DNA of 64,000 nucleotides from Dehalococcoidia bacterium (GCA_040902555.1 JBBDXC010000010.1:2309-66308); one strand, 5' to 3'; shown: positions 9,189 to 18,952, counted from the first letter of the stretch. Notes: a model not told the origin generated them from the sequence alone. Program-made: numbers and translations.

Positions 9189-10025
9189 TTGGAGCCATGT
9201 CAAACAGGTCCCCCACGCGGGGTCTTTCTCATACCGCCCGCAGCTCTTCTCCTTGCGATCGCGTTCGCCGGTTCGCAAGCGGAACCGGTTGAGACAGGCC
9301 CGTTCACCTATGTCAGGTCGTTTACAAGCACGGATGGCGCTGGGCCCAACAGCATGGGCACGCTCACGCTCACCTGCCTCCCGAGCGACGACATGCTCGG
9401 GGGTGGCTTCTTTGGCGTAGGACCGGGCACACACGTCCGCGCGAATCTGCCGCACTCCTTAAACCAGTGGAAGGTCTCGTGGCGGAACGACTCGACCGTC
9501 GACAGCGTCGGTATCCGGGTGCTGTGCATGTTCAAGGGAATCATCGGCGGCGACAAGTTCTTCGCTACGGAGTTCGGGCCGGGTAGCAGCATCGGCGCGA
9601 CGATGACGCTAAGCGCAGCCTGTGGTGACGGAGCGACCCTGCTCAGCGGTGGCTGGGACCTCCTCGACCCTGCAAGCTCGATTTCGGCCTCCAGGCCGGG
9701 AGCCGGTACGAAATGGCAGGTCAGTTGGCGAAACGGCGCCTCCCCCGACAACATCAAAGTCAGAGCATTTTGCTTCACCTCGTCGGGAGGGCCGAACCAT
9801 GTGCTCGAACAGGAAACCGGCAGGGGTGGGGCGGGGCCTGGAGAGGTCGGCGCGCTGACCACGGACTGCTCGGTGAGCATTCTGATCGGTGGCGGATTCT
9901 CCGGGCTGGCGCCTGGATTCCCGCTTATGACCAGCGGCCCTTATGACTCCAACAGCTGGCGCCAGCGCTGGCTGAACGGTCCGCTGGCCGATCAAGTGAC
10001 GAACTGGCTCGTCTGCCTGGATTAG
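9189..10025 (+). CDS. Hypothetical secreted protein with three tandem ~60-aa Cys-containing repeats
   Basis: 278-aa ORF; N-terminal signal-like segment (VFLIPPAALLLAIAFAGSQA); three internal repeats each with C...GGG[FW]...W[KQR]xxW[RL]N...C; no known domain recognised. Confidence 0.55.
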   Translation: MEPCQTGPPRGVFLIPPAALLLAIAFAGSQAEPVETGPFTYVRSFTSTDGAGPNSMGTLTLTCLPSDDMLGGGFFGVGPGTHVRANLPHSLNQWKVSWRNDSTVDSVGIRVLCMFKGIIGGDKFFATEFGPGSSIGATMTLSAACGDGATLLSGGWDLLDPASSISASRPGAGTKWQVSWRNGASPDNIKVRAFCFTSSGGPNHVLEQETGRGGAGPGEVGALTTDCSVSILIGGGFSGLAPGFPLMTSGPYDSNSWRQRWLNGPLADQVTNWLVCLD

Positions 10026-10099
10026 TCCAGCGCAAGACATCCGCCCGGCAATTCCGCCTCTGCTTGACTTCTGTGGTTGCGCTTCTCAGGCTCAAGCCA

Positions 10100-10579
10100 G
10101 TGAGTGACATACTGAAGGCCCTTGAGAAAGACGCACGGCTGACGCCGGAGCTGCTGGGCAAAGCCATTGGCCTGTCGGAGTCAGAGACGCGCGACAGGCT
10201 GGAAGAGGCCGAGAAACAGGGCGTCATCCTCGGCTACCGCACGATCATCGATTGGGACCGCGCCGGCGAGGACCGCGTGCAGGCCTGGATCGAGCTACGG
10301 GTGGTGCCACAGCAGGGCGTCGGCTTCGACGCTATCGCTGAGCGCGTCGCCCGCTTCGATGAGGCGCTTTCGGTCTACCTGCTTTCCGGCAGCTACGACA
10401 TCGGCCTGATCGTGGAGGCGCGGACGATGCACGACGTCTCGAACTTCGTGGCCGAGAACCTGGCCACCCTCGAGGGCGTGCAGAGCACGGTAACGCACTT
10501 CATCATGCGCCGCTACAAGGTCCAGGGCGCGCAGACCAATCCTCACGACACCTCGGAAAGGCTGCCACTCTCGCTCTGA
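10100..10579 (+). CDS. Lrp/AsnC family transcriptional regulator
   Basis: N-terminal HTH (SDILKALEKDARLTPELLGKAIGLSESETRDRLEEAEKQGVILGY) plus C-terminal RAM domain; likely GTG start at 10100 (ORF track starts at 10064). Confidence 0.85.
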   Translation: MSDILKALEKDARLTPELLGKAIGLSESETRDRLEEAEKQGVILGYRTIIDWDRAGEDRVQAWIELRVVPQQGVGFDAIAERVARFDEALSVYLLSGSYDIGLIVEARTMHDVSNFVAENLATLEGVQSTVTHFIMRRYKVQGAQTNPHDTSERLPLSL

Positions 10580-10580
10580 C

Positions 10581-11762
10581 ATGACCTCCGACATAGCAAC
10601 CCGCAGCTACCTTTCACGCCGGGTGCAGGCGATCGCACCGTCTGGCATTCGGCGCTTCTTCGACCTCCTCGGCTCGCTTGACGGCGTGATCTCGCTTGGC
10701 GTCGGCGAGCCGGACTTCGTGACCCCCTGGCACATCCGCGACGCCGCGATCCGCTCGCTCGGCCAGGGCCAGACCCACTACACCTCCAATTACGGCCTGC
10801 CCGAGCTGCGTCGGGCACTGTCTGACCACCTCGACGAGCTCTGTGGCCTGCGCTTCGACCCGGCCAGCGAGCTGCTGATCACCGCGGGCGTGAGCGAGGG
10901 CCTCCAGCTAGCCCTGACGTCGGTGCTCGACCCTGGCGACGAGGTCCTCTGCGCCGACCCGGCGTACGTGGCCTATCGGCCGTGCACCGAGCTCGCCGGC
11001 GGAGCGTTCGTGACGGTGCCGACCGAGATGGAGGGCGAGTTCCGGCTGCAGGCGCCAGAGCTTCAACGCCGTGTCACGGACCGCACCAAGGCGATCCTGC
11101 TCGGATACCCCGCCAATCCGACCGGCGCCGTCATGAGTCGGGATGACCTCAAACCGGTGGTTGCGGTGGCCGCCGAGCACGATCTGCTGCTGATCAGCGA
11201 CGAGATCTATGGCCGGCTCACCTATGGCGCCGAGCACATCCCTGTTGCCTCCATTCCCGGCGCGCGGGGCCGGACGATTACGCTCGGCGGGTTCTCCAAG
11301 GCGTATGCCATGACCGGGTGGCGGCTAGGCTGGATCGCCGCACCGGCTGAGCTGCTCGAAGGGATGATGAAGGTCCACCAGTACGTCATGATGTCGGCGC
11401 CGACGACGGCTCAGCACGCGGCGATCGAGGCCCTGCGCAACGGCGAGCACGACGTGCAGGAGATGCTGGCACAGTACCGGCTGCGGCGCCGGCTGGTCGT
11501 TGATGCCTTCAATGAGTTGGGATTGACCTGCCACGAGCCGGGCGGGGCCTTCTACGCCTTCCCGTCGGTCCGCTCGACGGGCCTCAGCGATACCGAATTC
11601 GCGGAGCGTCTGCTGATCGAGGAAAGGGTTGCCGTTGTGCCAGGCTCGGCTTTTGGAGAGGGTGGGCGCGGGCACGTGCGGGCATGCTATGCCGCATCGC
11701 TGGAAGATTTGGCGGAGGCCATGAGGCGGATCGGCGATTTCTTGGCGCGCCTCCGCGCCTAG
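10581..11762 (+). CDS. Class I/II pyridoxal-phosphate aminotransferase (aspartate aminotransferase-like)
   Basis: 393-aa ORF; conserved N-terminus (IAPSGIRRFFDL...LGVGEPDF) and PLP-lysine region (GFSKAYAMTGWRLGW); one nt after the Lrp stop, a classic Lrp-aminotransferase pair. Confidence 0.9.
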   Translation: MTSDIATRSYLSRRVQAIAPSGIRRFFDLLGSLDGVISLGVGEPDFVTPWHIRDAAIRSLGQGQTHYTSNYGLPELRRALSDHLDELCGLRFDPASELLITAGVSEGLQLALTSVLDPGDEVLCADPAYVAYRPCTELAGGAFVTVPTEMEGEFRLQAPELQRRVTDRTKAILLGYPANPTGAVMSRDDLKPVVAVAAEHDLLLISDEIYGRLTYGAEHIPVASIPGARGRTITLGGFSKAYAMTGWRLGWIAAPAELLEGMMKVHQYVMMSAPTTAQHAAIEALRNGEHDVQEMLAQYRLRRRLVVDAFNELGLTCHEPGGAFYAFPSVRSTGLSDTEFAERLLIEERVAVVPGSAFGEGGRGHVRACYAASLEDLAEAMRRIGDFLARLRA

Positions 11763-11883
11763 GGCCCGTTCGCGCGGACCGGGCCGCCTTTGGTTGTTGC
11801 CGGGGCTTCGCAATCAGACGGAGCACCAGGGCAGAAGGCTCTTGGATACGAAGTCAAGAGATGATATCGGCCGGCCATCTGCC

Positions 11884-12741
11884 CTACGGCGCCGTGATCG
11901 CGACTTCGTCGCCGACTTCAACGACGCCGCCGGCGACCACGATGGCGTATACGCCCACGCTGGGCATCTCGCGGCCCGCTCCCGGGATCATGGGCCGGTT
12001 GTGGGTGGCGATGGTGCGCAGGATCCCGGGGTCGGACGGCAGGTCGCCCTGGGCGAGCGTAGTCATGACGCAGCGTGGGCTGGGGATGAGCACCCTCAGG
12101 CGCACCTCGCCGATGGCGAGAGTGCGGCCGGCCCAATCGTTCTCGACAAACCCCGTTTGCCCGGATGTTTCAACGAGGATGTTCGGCCGGAAGCGCGCCG
12201 TGCTGAACTCGCCCGGAGGATAGAGCTCGCTGAGGCGGGCCAGCGTCGAGGTCGTCACGATGTGGATCGGAGAAAAGTCGAAGAAGGTGCCGGGCGCGGC
12301 GCGCGCGATGGGAATGTTCGTCACCGTATCGCGGTGGTCGAGACCTTCCATATCCGGCCAGTACTCGTCCAGGGTTGGAGGGCGCGCGGGGGAAGCATCG
12401 AGGGTCACCGCCCGGCCCACAGCAGCGGAGAGCCGCTCGTTGGCGTCGGCGTCCCGGCTCGTGACTGTCGAGCCGTCGGGCAGTGTGATCGCCACGGTGT
12501 GGCCACCTGCTCCGTTTGGTTCCGTCAGGCAAACGGCTCGAAACTGGAACATCGTCGGCCACTTGCGGGGGTTCTTGGCGCTGGCCACGTCGCCGGTCGC
12601 GCTGTCGACCAGCGCATAGGCTCGATCGCCAGCGATGCCGCGCTCACCGATGCGCGCGGAGGCTAGCTCCTCGCCGAGCATCGATTTCACAGGGTGGCGC
12701 CAGAGGTTCGCCACGGAGCCTGCAGGGCCGTCCGTCGTCAT
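11884..12741 (-). CDS. MOSC domain-containing protein
   Basis: 285-aa ORF; N-terminal beta-barrel motif (LWRHPVKSMLGE) and C-terminal MOSC region with conserved Cys (SPRCVMTT). Confidence 0.85.
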   Translation of the reverse strand: MTTDGPAGSVANLWRHPVKSMLGEELASARIGERGIAGDRAYALVDSATGDVASAKNPRKWPTMFQFRAVCLTEPNGAGGHTVAITLPDGSTVTSRDADANERLSAAVGRAVTLDASPARPPTLDEYWPDMEGLDHRDTVTNIPIARAAPGTFFDFSPIHIVTTSTLARLSELYPPGEFSTARFRPNILVETSGQTGFVENDWAGRTLAIGEVRLRVLIPSPRCVMTTLAQGDLPSDPGILRTIATHNRPMIPGAGREMPSVGVYAIVVAGGVVEVGDEVAITAP

Positions 12742-12800
12742 GTCCCCCGATTGTCGTCAGCGCTGGACGAGCCAACAAGTCACGCAGGCTCGAAAGAGGT

Positions 12801-12840
12801 GCGCCCCCCTGTGCTGGCATACAGGGGGGCGCTTTGTTCG
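12801..12840 (+). terminator. Intrinsic-terminator-like hairpin with no upstream plus-strand gene
   Basis: Perfect 12-bp stem GCGCCCCCCTGT / ACAGGGGGGCGC with 8-nt loop, followed by TTTGTT; lies in the divergent region between the MOSC and acylase genes. Confidence 0.4.
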
Positions 12841-13081
12841 CGGAGCGACACCGCAGTTGGGGGCACATCACCGGCGTCCGCGATTGGGACGGAGGGGACG
12901 GCATCGCTCGCCTCCGGTACCAGGCCTCTGGGGGTCGGTCCCGGTTGTCCGGCTCTCATAAGTTAGGCCGCTGCTGAGCGGGCTTGATTAACGCCCCTTT
13001 GTCGCACGGTTAACGTTCGGTAAAGCGGGGAGCGGCCGCCTCCATAGAGGCCAAGGGCGCCCGCCGCGATAATCGCTTTCT

Positions 13082-15367
13082 GTGGTCCAAACCTCTCCCC
13101 AGGCCCTGATCTCCCGCGGCCTCCTGAAGCTGCGCCGGCGCGGGTCAGCGGTCCAGCGGAACGGCGAGCGGACCATGTCCGCGCTGAAGGCCGAGGCCGA
13201 GATCTTCGTCGACCGCTGGGGCGTCGCCCACGTTTACGCGCGGACTCTCCACGACCTGTTCTTTCTCTTCGGCTACGTGCAGGCCTGGGATCGGCTCTGG
13301 CAAATGGAGTACACGCGGCGTGTTGCGAGCGGCCGGCTGGCCGAGATCCTCGGCCCTGACCTGCTCCCCGTTGACCGCTTTACTCGCCGGGTCGGCTTCA
13401 AGCGCGTTTCGGAAAAGAGTGTGCAGGCGCTGACCGGCGAGGGAGCGCTGATCATCGGTTCGTTTGTCGAGGGCATCAATATGTACATCGGCGAAGCCAG
13501 CCGCCGGCCTGTCGAGTTCGAGCTTCTGGGCTACGAGCCCGAACCCTGGGAGGCGTCCGACGTATCCGCCGCTTCAATGCTCGCCGCCTTCAACGTCACG
13601 CCAAACTGGGACCTCGAGGTGATCCGCTCGCTCCTTCTTGCATCCGTGGTGTCGCCGGAAGACCTGGCGGCGCTGGAGATGGAAGGCTTCGAAGCGGGGG
13701 CCGGCGGCACGCGGTTCAAGGCGGCCGCCGCCGCCCTGGGCGAGTTCCGCAGGGCGATCCCTCAAGCCCTGGGGCCGCTGGGAGGCAGCAACGCCTGGGC
13801 AATCGCGGGTTCGCGGACGACGAGCGGCAAGCCGGTCCTCGCCGGCGACCCTCATTTGGCCGCCGGAATTCCCAACATCTGGCACCAGGTGCATCTGAGC
13901 TGCGGCGACCTGGACGTGATCGGGGCGGCGATGCCGGGGATACCCGGCGTGATCATCGGCCACAACCGCCATGCCGCCTGGTCGGTGACGGCCGGGATGG
14001 TCGACTGCTCTGACATTTTCATTGATGACGGCGACGGTCAGACCGTGCCCGAGGAGATCAAGGTGGCGGGCGCCGAAACCGTGGTCGAGGAGGTCTTCGT
14101 CGGCCGTCACGGCCCCGACATCGGTCCCGCGGTTGGTGTCAGCGATAGGAGGCTCTGCCTGAAGACCGTCTTCGCCGGTGGCGACAGCCTGGTCGGGCCC
14201 CTGCTGAATATCGCCCGCAGCAAGGACTGGTCGGGCTTCCGCGAGGCCCTCAGCGAGTGGACGGCGCCGGTGCTCACCTTCGTCTACGCCGACCGCCACG
14301 GCGACATCGGTTCGCAGCTTGCAGGCCAGGTGCCGATACGAGCCGGCGGCGCGAAGGGTCTGTTGCCCAACGAGCCCGGAGACGGAGAATGGACCGGGTT
14401 CATCCCGTTCGCCGAGCTGCCGTCCCTCCACAACCCCGATGAGGGATTCGTGGTCTCGACCAACAACAGGCAGGCGCCCGCGGATTATCCCTATTGGCTG
14501 GGCATTGATTTTATCGAGGGGGCGCGGGCGCCGCGGATCGTTGAGATGCTTCGCGCGAGGGAGAAGCACTCCCCACTCGATGTCTCCCGCATGCAGGTTG
14601 ATGTCGAGTCCGTGCCCGCTCGCCAGATCGTCGCCGCCCTGTGTGGGCTGGCCCTGAGCTCCCCCGCTTGCCGGCCGGCCCTGGACCTTCTCGCCTCGTG
14701 GGACTGCCGCCTTGCGGCCGATAGCGCGGCGGCATGCGTCTACACCGGCTTCGTGCGTGAGATGTCGCGCCGGATCGGGAAGCGGCGGTTGGGGGGCGGC
14801 GGGGACTTCTGGATGGGCCGTTACGTCAACCCGCTGACGGGTGAGAACGGCTGGGTCTTCAACCAGGCGGCGAAGCTCGCGCAGCTGCTTAGTGAACAGC
14901 CCAGCGGCTGGTTCGACAGTTGGGCGGATCAGGCGGAGGGCGCGCTGCGCGACGCTGTCGAGCTCCTTGGGGCGAACCTCGGCGCTGACATCTCGAAGTG
15001 GCGGTACGGTCGCCTGCACCGGCTCACCCTGCGCCATCCCCTCGGCGACGGCGACAAAGATGCCCTATTGAACCGAGGGCCCTACGAGGCGCCGGGCGAC
15101 GCCCAGTGCGTCTTCGCTAACGGAATGCCTGCCGACGGCTTCGATGTGGTCCTCGTGCCGGGCTTTCGACAGGTCGTCGACCTTTCCGATGTCAACGCCG
15201 GGCACGCAATGATGCCGGGGGGACAGAGCGGGGATCCCGCCAGCACGCATTACGATGACCTGACGCCCTTCTGGCTGGAGGGGCGTATGCACCGTCAGTA
15301 CTTCGCGCGGACCGACGTTGTGCGGCACTCGGAGTCCAGCCTGAGGTTGTTGCCAGCCGCTGACTAG
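13082..15367 (+). CDS. Penicillin acylase family protein (Ntn-hydrolase; possibly acyl-homoserine-lactone acylase)
   Basis: 761-aa ORF; conserved alpha-subunit region and the beta-subunit N-terminal nucleophile motif GGSNAWAIAG; start may be the internal ATG at 13175. Confidence 0.9.
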   Translation: MVQTSPQALISRGLLKLRRRGSAVQRNGERTMSALKAEAEIFVDRWGVAHVYARTLHDLFFLFGYVQAWDRLWQMEYTRRVASGRLAEILGPDLLPVDRFTRRVGFKRVSEKSVQALTGEGALIIGSFVEGINMYIGEASRRPVEFELLGYEPEPWEASDVSAASMLAAFNVTPNWDLEVIRSLLLASVVSPEDLAALEMEGFEAGAGGTRFKAAAAALGEFRRAIPQALGPLGGSNAWAIAGSRTTSGKPVLAGDPHLAAGIPNIWHQVHLSCGDLDVIGAAMPGIPGVIIGHNRHAAWSVTAGMVDCSDIFIDDGDGQTVPEEIKVAGAETVVEEVFVGRHGPDIGPAVGVSDRRLCLKTVFAGGDSLVGPLLNIARSKDWSGFREALSEWTAPVLTFVYADRHGDIGSQLAGQVPIRAGGAKGLLPNEPGDGEWTGFIPFAELPSLHNPDEGFVVSTNNRQAPADYPYWLGIDFIEGARAPRIVEMLRAREKHSPLDVSRMQVDVESVPARQIVAALCGLALSSPACRPALDLLASWDCRLAADSAAACVYTGFVREMSRRIGKRRLGGGGDFWMGRYVNPLTGENGWVFNQAAKLAQLLSEQPSGWFDSWADQAEGALRDAVELLGANLGADISKWRYGRLHRLTLRHPLGDGDKDALLNRGPYEAPGDAQCVFANGMPADGFDVVLVPGFRQVVDLSDVNAGHAMMPGGQSGDPASTHYDDLTPFWLEGRMHRQYFARTDVVRHSESSLRLLPAAD

Positions 15368-16140
15368 CGCTGCCCGTTGACCGTGAGTGTCATGAGGTCG
15401 TGGGCGATGCGGACGCTGCCGCTATAGACGGCCGCGGCCTCCTCGGCGATACCCTGCTCGTACTTGCAATCGCGATCGATGTGGGTGAGCATGAGCTGCC
15501 TGGCGCCGGACTCGCGCGCCGTGACGCCGGCGTCTTGCGGGCTCGAGTGACCCGTGAGCTGCAGCCATTCGGTGCGGTCCGCCGACGCCGCGGCCTCGTG
15601 GATCAAAAGGTCGCAGTTGCGCGCAGCCTTGACGAGATTCTCTGTGAAGCGGGTGTCCCCGCTGACTACCGCGGCGTGGCCGTTGTCGCGAACCACGTAG
15701 GCAAAGCAGGCCACCGTGTGGTCGACGGCAACTGCTTCGACCTTCGTCTTGCCGGCGATGTGGCAGGTCTCGCCCGATTCCATTTTGTGCCACTTGAGCC
15801 GGCCGCCCATCCACTTCTCAACCCCTGGGAGCTCGTCGTAGATGGAGCAGCGGACGGCTTCGAGCGTCTCGGCGGCGCCGTGGACGGTAAGGCCCGGCGA
15901 GGGCGTATCCATCATGGCGAGGAAGAGGGGCGGCAGACCGCCGGCGTGGTCGAAATGGGCATGGCTGAGGAAAACGTGGTTGAGGGAGGAGAGGTCGATG
16001 CCTGCACTGGAAAGCTGCCGGAGGACGCCTGTACCACTTGTGGCGTCGAAAAGCAGCGTTTCATCCGCTTCGACAGCGATGCAGCATTGCTCGCGGTCCG
16101 GGTTGGCGGCAGCCCCGGTACCGAGAAAAGTGACCTTCAT
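15364..16140 (-). CDS. MBL-fold metallo-hydrolase (RNase Z/BN-like)
   Basis: 258-aa ORF with HxHxDH motif (HAHFDH) and downstream His/Asp ligands; stop overlaps the acylase stop (convergent). Confidence 0.85.
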   Translation of the reverse strand: MKVTFLGTGAAANPDREQCCIAVEADETLLFDATSGTGVLRQLSSAGIDLSSLNHVFLSHAHFDHAGGLPPLFLAMMDTPSPGLTVHGAAETLEAVRCSIYDELPGVEKWMGGRLKWHKMESGETCHIAGKTKVEAVAVDHTVACFAYVVRDNGHAAVVSGDTRFTENLVKAARNCDLLIHEAAASADRTEWLQLTGHSSPQDAGVTARESGARQLMLTHIDRDCKYEQGIAEEAAAVYSGSVRIAHDLMTLTVNGQR

Positions 16141-16340
16141 TGTGGCGACGTTATCTTAGCCAAGTTTTAACCGCCTGAGTGTTGCAAATATCGCGTAAGC
16201 ATATTCGGCTCATATCAACACGGTCAACACAGGAGCCGAACGGGCACTCTGGCGGCTCCAAGCGGCCCCTTTGGGCGATCCTTAGATTCAACTCCGCTAT
16301 CCTGCCTGTTGAGCCGGCTTCCCCGGCGCCAGGAGGTAAT

Positions 16341-16886
16341 GTGACAAGAATCACACGCGCGCTTCCGATCTGGCTGCTAATAGTCACGTTGGGACTGTCG
16401 CTTATTGCGCTCTCCGCCTGCGGCGGCGATGACGATGATGACGCCACCGAGGAAGAGAACGCCACTAACGAAGAAGGCGTCGACCCAGAAGAGGAGGCGG
16501 CCGAGCCAGATGAGCCGACCGACCCGTTGGCCGGCGAAGTCAACAACTCGCCCGCTACCGGAGCGGAGTACATCCAGTCTTACAGCACCCTGGCCTCGCA
16601 ACTCCTTGAGGAGCATCCAAACTGCCAGGGTTCGGTAGATTTTACGGAGCTGAACCCGGAGACCCTCCAGGTTCCGCCGGAATGCCAGGACTACTACCAG
16701 GCCTTTGCCGACGGTATCCGGGAGATCCAGCCGCCGGCGAGCTGCGAGGATCTGCACCAGCTGCTGCTGGATACGGTCGAGGCCGTCGCTGCCGGGGATC
16801 AGGGAGCGCTTTCGGATCTGTTCTCAAGTAGCGAGGAAGGCACTCAAATCTTGATCGACGCGAGCGTGGCCTGCAGCACGGGCTAG
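16341..16886 (+). CDS. Hypothetical acidic lipoprotein
   Basis: GTG at 16341 preceded by AGGAGG (16331-16336); signal peptide with lipobox LSAC followed by GGDDDDD; Asp/Glu-rich mature protein with four Cys. ORF track start at 16179 is too early. Confidence 0.6.
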   Translation: MTRITRALPIWLLIVTLGLSLIALSACGGDDDDDATEEENATNEEGVDPEEEAAEPDEPTDPLAGEVNNSPATGAEYIQSYSTLASQLLEEHPNCQGSVDFTELNPETLQVPPECQDYYQAFADGIREIQPPASCEDLHQLLLDTVEAVAAGDQGALSDLFSSSEEGTQILIDASVACSTG

Positions 16887-16908
16887 GCGCAGCGACGACT
16901 AAGTCCAA

Positions 16909-16941
16909 CGAGGGGCCCCGTCGAGGCCCCTCGTTTATGTT
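16909..16941 (+). terminator. Rho-independent terminator after lipoprotein gene
   Basis: CGAGGGGCC / GGCCCCTCG stem with 7-nt loop, followed by TTTATGTT. Confidence 0.6.
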
Positions 16942-16947
16942 CAATCC

Positions 16948-17427
16948 ATGAGCGAAGCGAAGCCGCTGGCCGGCCGCCAGGCCTTCGTCCTGGGGGCGAT
17001 CGGCCCGCTGGGCAGGCGCATAGCCGTAGCGCTCGCCGAGGCCGGCGCAACGGTATCGACGACAACGCTGACTGAAGACCCAGGCGAGCAGTTCCAGGCC
17101 AACTCGACGTTGAACGAGATGTGGGCGCTGGGCCGCGCCGGCGCAGCCTTCAACGTAGACGAGGCCGGCCAGGAAGAACTGCGCACGGCAGTCGAGCGGG
17201 CCGGCGAGAACGCGATCCTCGTGGCTACTCCCGAAGCCGCGGGTGCGGCCTGGGTGCGTGACCTCGCCGAGTCCTCGGAAGGTGGCCGGCTTCTGTGCAT
17301 CCGGGCCTCGGGCGATGGCTGGGCCATCGAGGTTGCGGGCGGGAGCGAGTCCGCAGAGGACGAGGGAGAACTGGCGGCGCTTGTGGTCAGACGCGCGGCA
17401 GCCACGCTGCCGGCGCCCCTGGCCTAG
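16948..17427 (+). CDS. Hypothetical protein with Rossmann-like NAD(P)-binding N-terminus
   Basis: 159-aa ORF with GC-rich third positions; glycine-rich N-terminal motif (AFVLGAIGPLGRRIAVALAEAGATV); no clear SD. Confidence 0.5.
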   Translation: MSEAKPLAGRQAFVLGAIGPLGRRIAVALAEAGATVSTTTLTEDPGEQFQANSTLNEMWALGRAGAAFNVDEAGQEELRTAVERAGENAILVATPEAAGAAWVRDLAESSEGGRLLCIRASGDGWAIEVAGGSESAEDEGELAALVVRRAAATLPAPLA

Positions 17428-18377
17428 AGCATGCTTCCAGCCTGCGTGCTGGGTAAGCTCGCCAGCGGGGCGCCCTCGGGGCCGGGCAGAGCGGTAGAGC
17501 GGAGCCGTCGCTGCTCGTCGAGGCTGGCTACCAGGATGGCGGCGAACAGAACAGCCATGCCGGCGTAGACCCACGGTCCCGGAATCTCATCAAGGAAAAC
17601 TACGGCGAGGAGAGTGCTCAGAACAGGCTCGCCGAGGATAACCAGCGTGACAAAGCTCGCCGGCAGGTGCCCGAGCGCGTAGTTGAACGACGAGTGGCCG
17701 ACGAGCTGTGGCACCAGGGCGAGGAGAATCAGCCACAGGTAGCCCTCGGCCTCATCTGGCAGGACCCGCGTCCCGCTGGCGAGCGCGACCGGCACAAGGA
17801 CGAGCGCGGCGATCCCGTAGACGATGCTGATGAAGGCGAGGAGGGGCAGTCTCGGCCGAACGCTGCGGCCAAAGAGGAAATAGACCGCCGCTGCCGCCGC
17901 GCCGGCCAGGGCCAGGGCGTTGCCGGCGATGTCCCCGGACAAGGGGTTGCCGCTGTCGAGGGCGATCAGGACAATCCCCACCATTCCCACGATTACCGCT
18001 ACCAGCACCAGCCTGCGCGGAGTCTCTCTCAGGATCAGCGGCGACGCCACGGCTACCATAAGTGGATAAGTGGCGACGAGGGTCGTCGAGGCTGCCACCG
18101 TGGTCAGGTCGAGTGAGCTGACCCAGGTCATGAAGTGTACGGCGAGAGCCACTCCCGCCAGGGCACATAGTCCCAGGACCTGGCGAGGGGGCCGCGGCAC
18201 CTGCCCGCGGGCGACTACATACGCCCAGAGCACCAGTGAGGAAACAGCCAGGCGCCAGGCCGCTACAGGGAGAGGGTCAATGTGGTCGAGCGAAAGGCGA
18301 ATGAACAGGGCCGCGGTCGAGACGGCGCAGAGGCCGGTCGCCATAGCGATGTAAGGTCGGGCGCCGGCTTCGCTCAC
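17424..18377 (-). CDS. EamA/DMT family transporter
   Basis: 317-aa ORF with about ten hydrophobic helices arranged as two EamA-like halves. Confidence 0.85.
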   Translation of the reverse strand: MSEAGARPYIAMATGLCAVSTAALFIRLSLDHIDPLPVAAWRLAVSSLVLWAYVVARGQVPRPPRQVLGLCALAGVALAVHFMTWVSSLDLTTVAASTTLVATYPLMVAVASPLILRETPRRLVLVAVIVGMVGIVLIALDSGNPLSGDIAGNALALAGAAAAAVYFLFGRSVRPRLPLLAFISIVYGIAALVLVPVALASGTRVLPDEAEGYLWLILLALVPQLVGHSSFNYALGHLPASFVTLVILGEPVLSTLLAVVFLDEIPGPWVYAGMAVLFAAILVASLDEQRRLRSTALPGPEGAPLASLPSTQAGSML

Positions 18378-18450
18378 CTCGAAAGGCTACCAACCGCGTC
18401 GCTGATCGAGCTGCCGAAGGGTACGCCCCCCCCCCGCAGCCACCCCTCAA

Positions 18451-18485
18451 CCTCACCCTGCCCTCTCCTTGCCAAGGAGAGGGTT
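18451..18485. repeat. REP-like bipartite palindromic repeat (copy A)
   Basis: CCTCACCC box followed by palindrome CCCTCTCC-TTGCCAA-GGAGAGGG; intergenic between the EamA and CoA-binding genes. Confidence 0.6.
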
Positions 18486-18546
18486 CCGCGTATTAGCAAC
18501 CTTTAAAGCGTTTGAATCGCGAATGAACAGAATGGATGCGGGCGGG

Positions 18547-18948
18547 TCAGCGCATGAGACGGCCGTGCTCGACCATCAGGCAGCGGTTTTGGACCACGCC
18601 GATGCCGGCCTCGCGCAGCTTTTGGGCGACCGCCTCATTGGCGATACCAAGCTGCATCCAGGCGTACTTGGGCTTGGCCCGGAGGATCTCCTCAAGGTGG
18701 CCCGGCACGTCCTCGCTGCGGCGGAAGATGTTAACCATGTCCACCGGCTGATCGAGGTCATCGAGCGTATCGAGAGCCGGTATGCCGAAGACGGCGTCCA
18801 AGCCCGGGTTCACCGGTGTGATTTCGTAGCCGGCGTCCTTCATGTACATCGGGACGTAGCCGGCGGCGCCCTGCTCGCGCATGCCGATCACGGCGATCGT
18901 CTTAGTTTCCTCGAGGACTTTGCGCAGGTCAGGCTCTTCCATTTGCAC
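18547..18948 (-). CDS. CoA-binding domain protein (YccU-like)
   Basis: 133-aa ORF; IAVIGMREQGAAGYVPMYMKDAGYEITPVNP is typical of the CoA_binding_2 family. Confidence 0.85.
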   Translation of the reverse strand: MQMEEPDLRKVLEETKTIAVIGMREQGAAGYVPMYMKDAGYEITPVNPGLDAVFGIPALDTLDDLDQPVDMVNIFRRSEDVPGHLEEILRAKPKYAWMQLGIANEAVAQKLREAGIGVVQNRCLMVEHGRLMR

Positions 18949-18952
18949 CTCG

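Noticed and set aside
13574-15037. 487-aa minus-strand ORF
   Set aside because: Antisense to the penicillin-acylase gene, which has the diagnostic GSNAW nucleophile motif; no recognisable domain in the antisense product.
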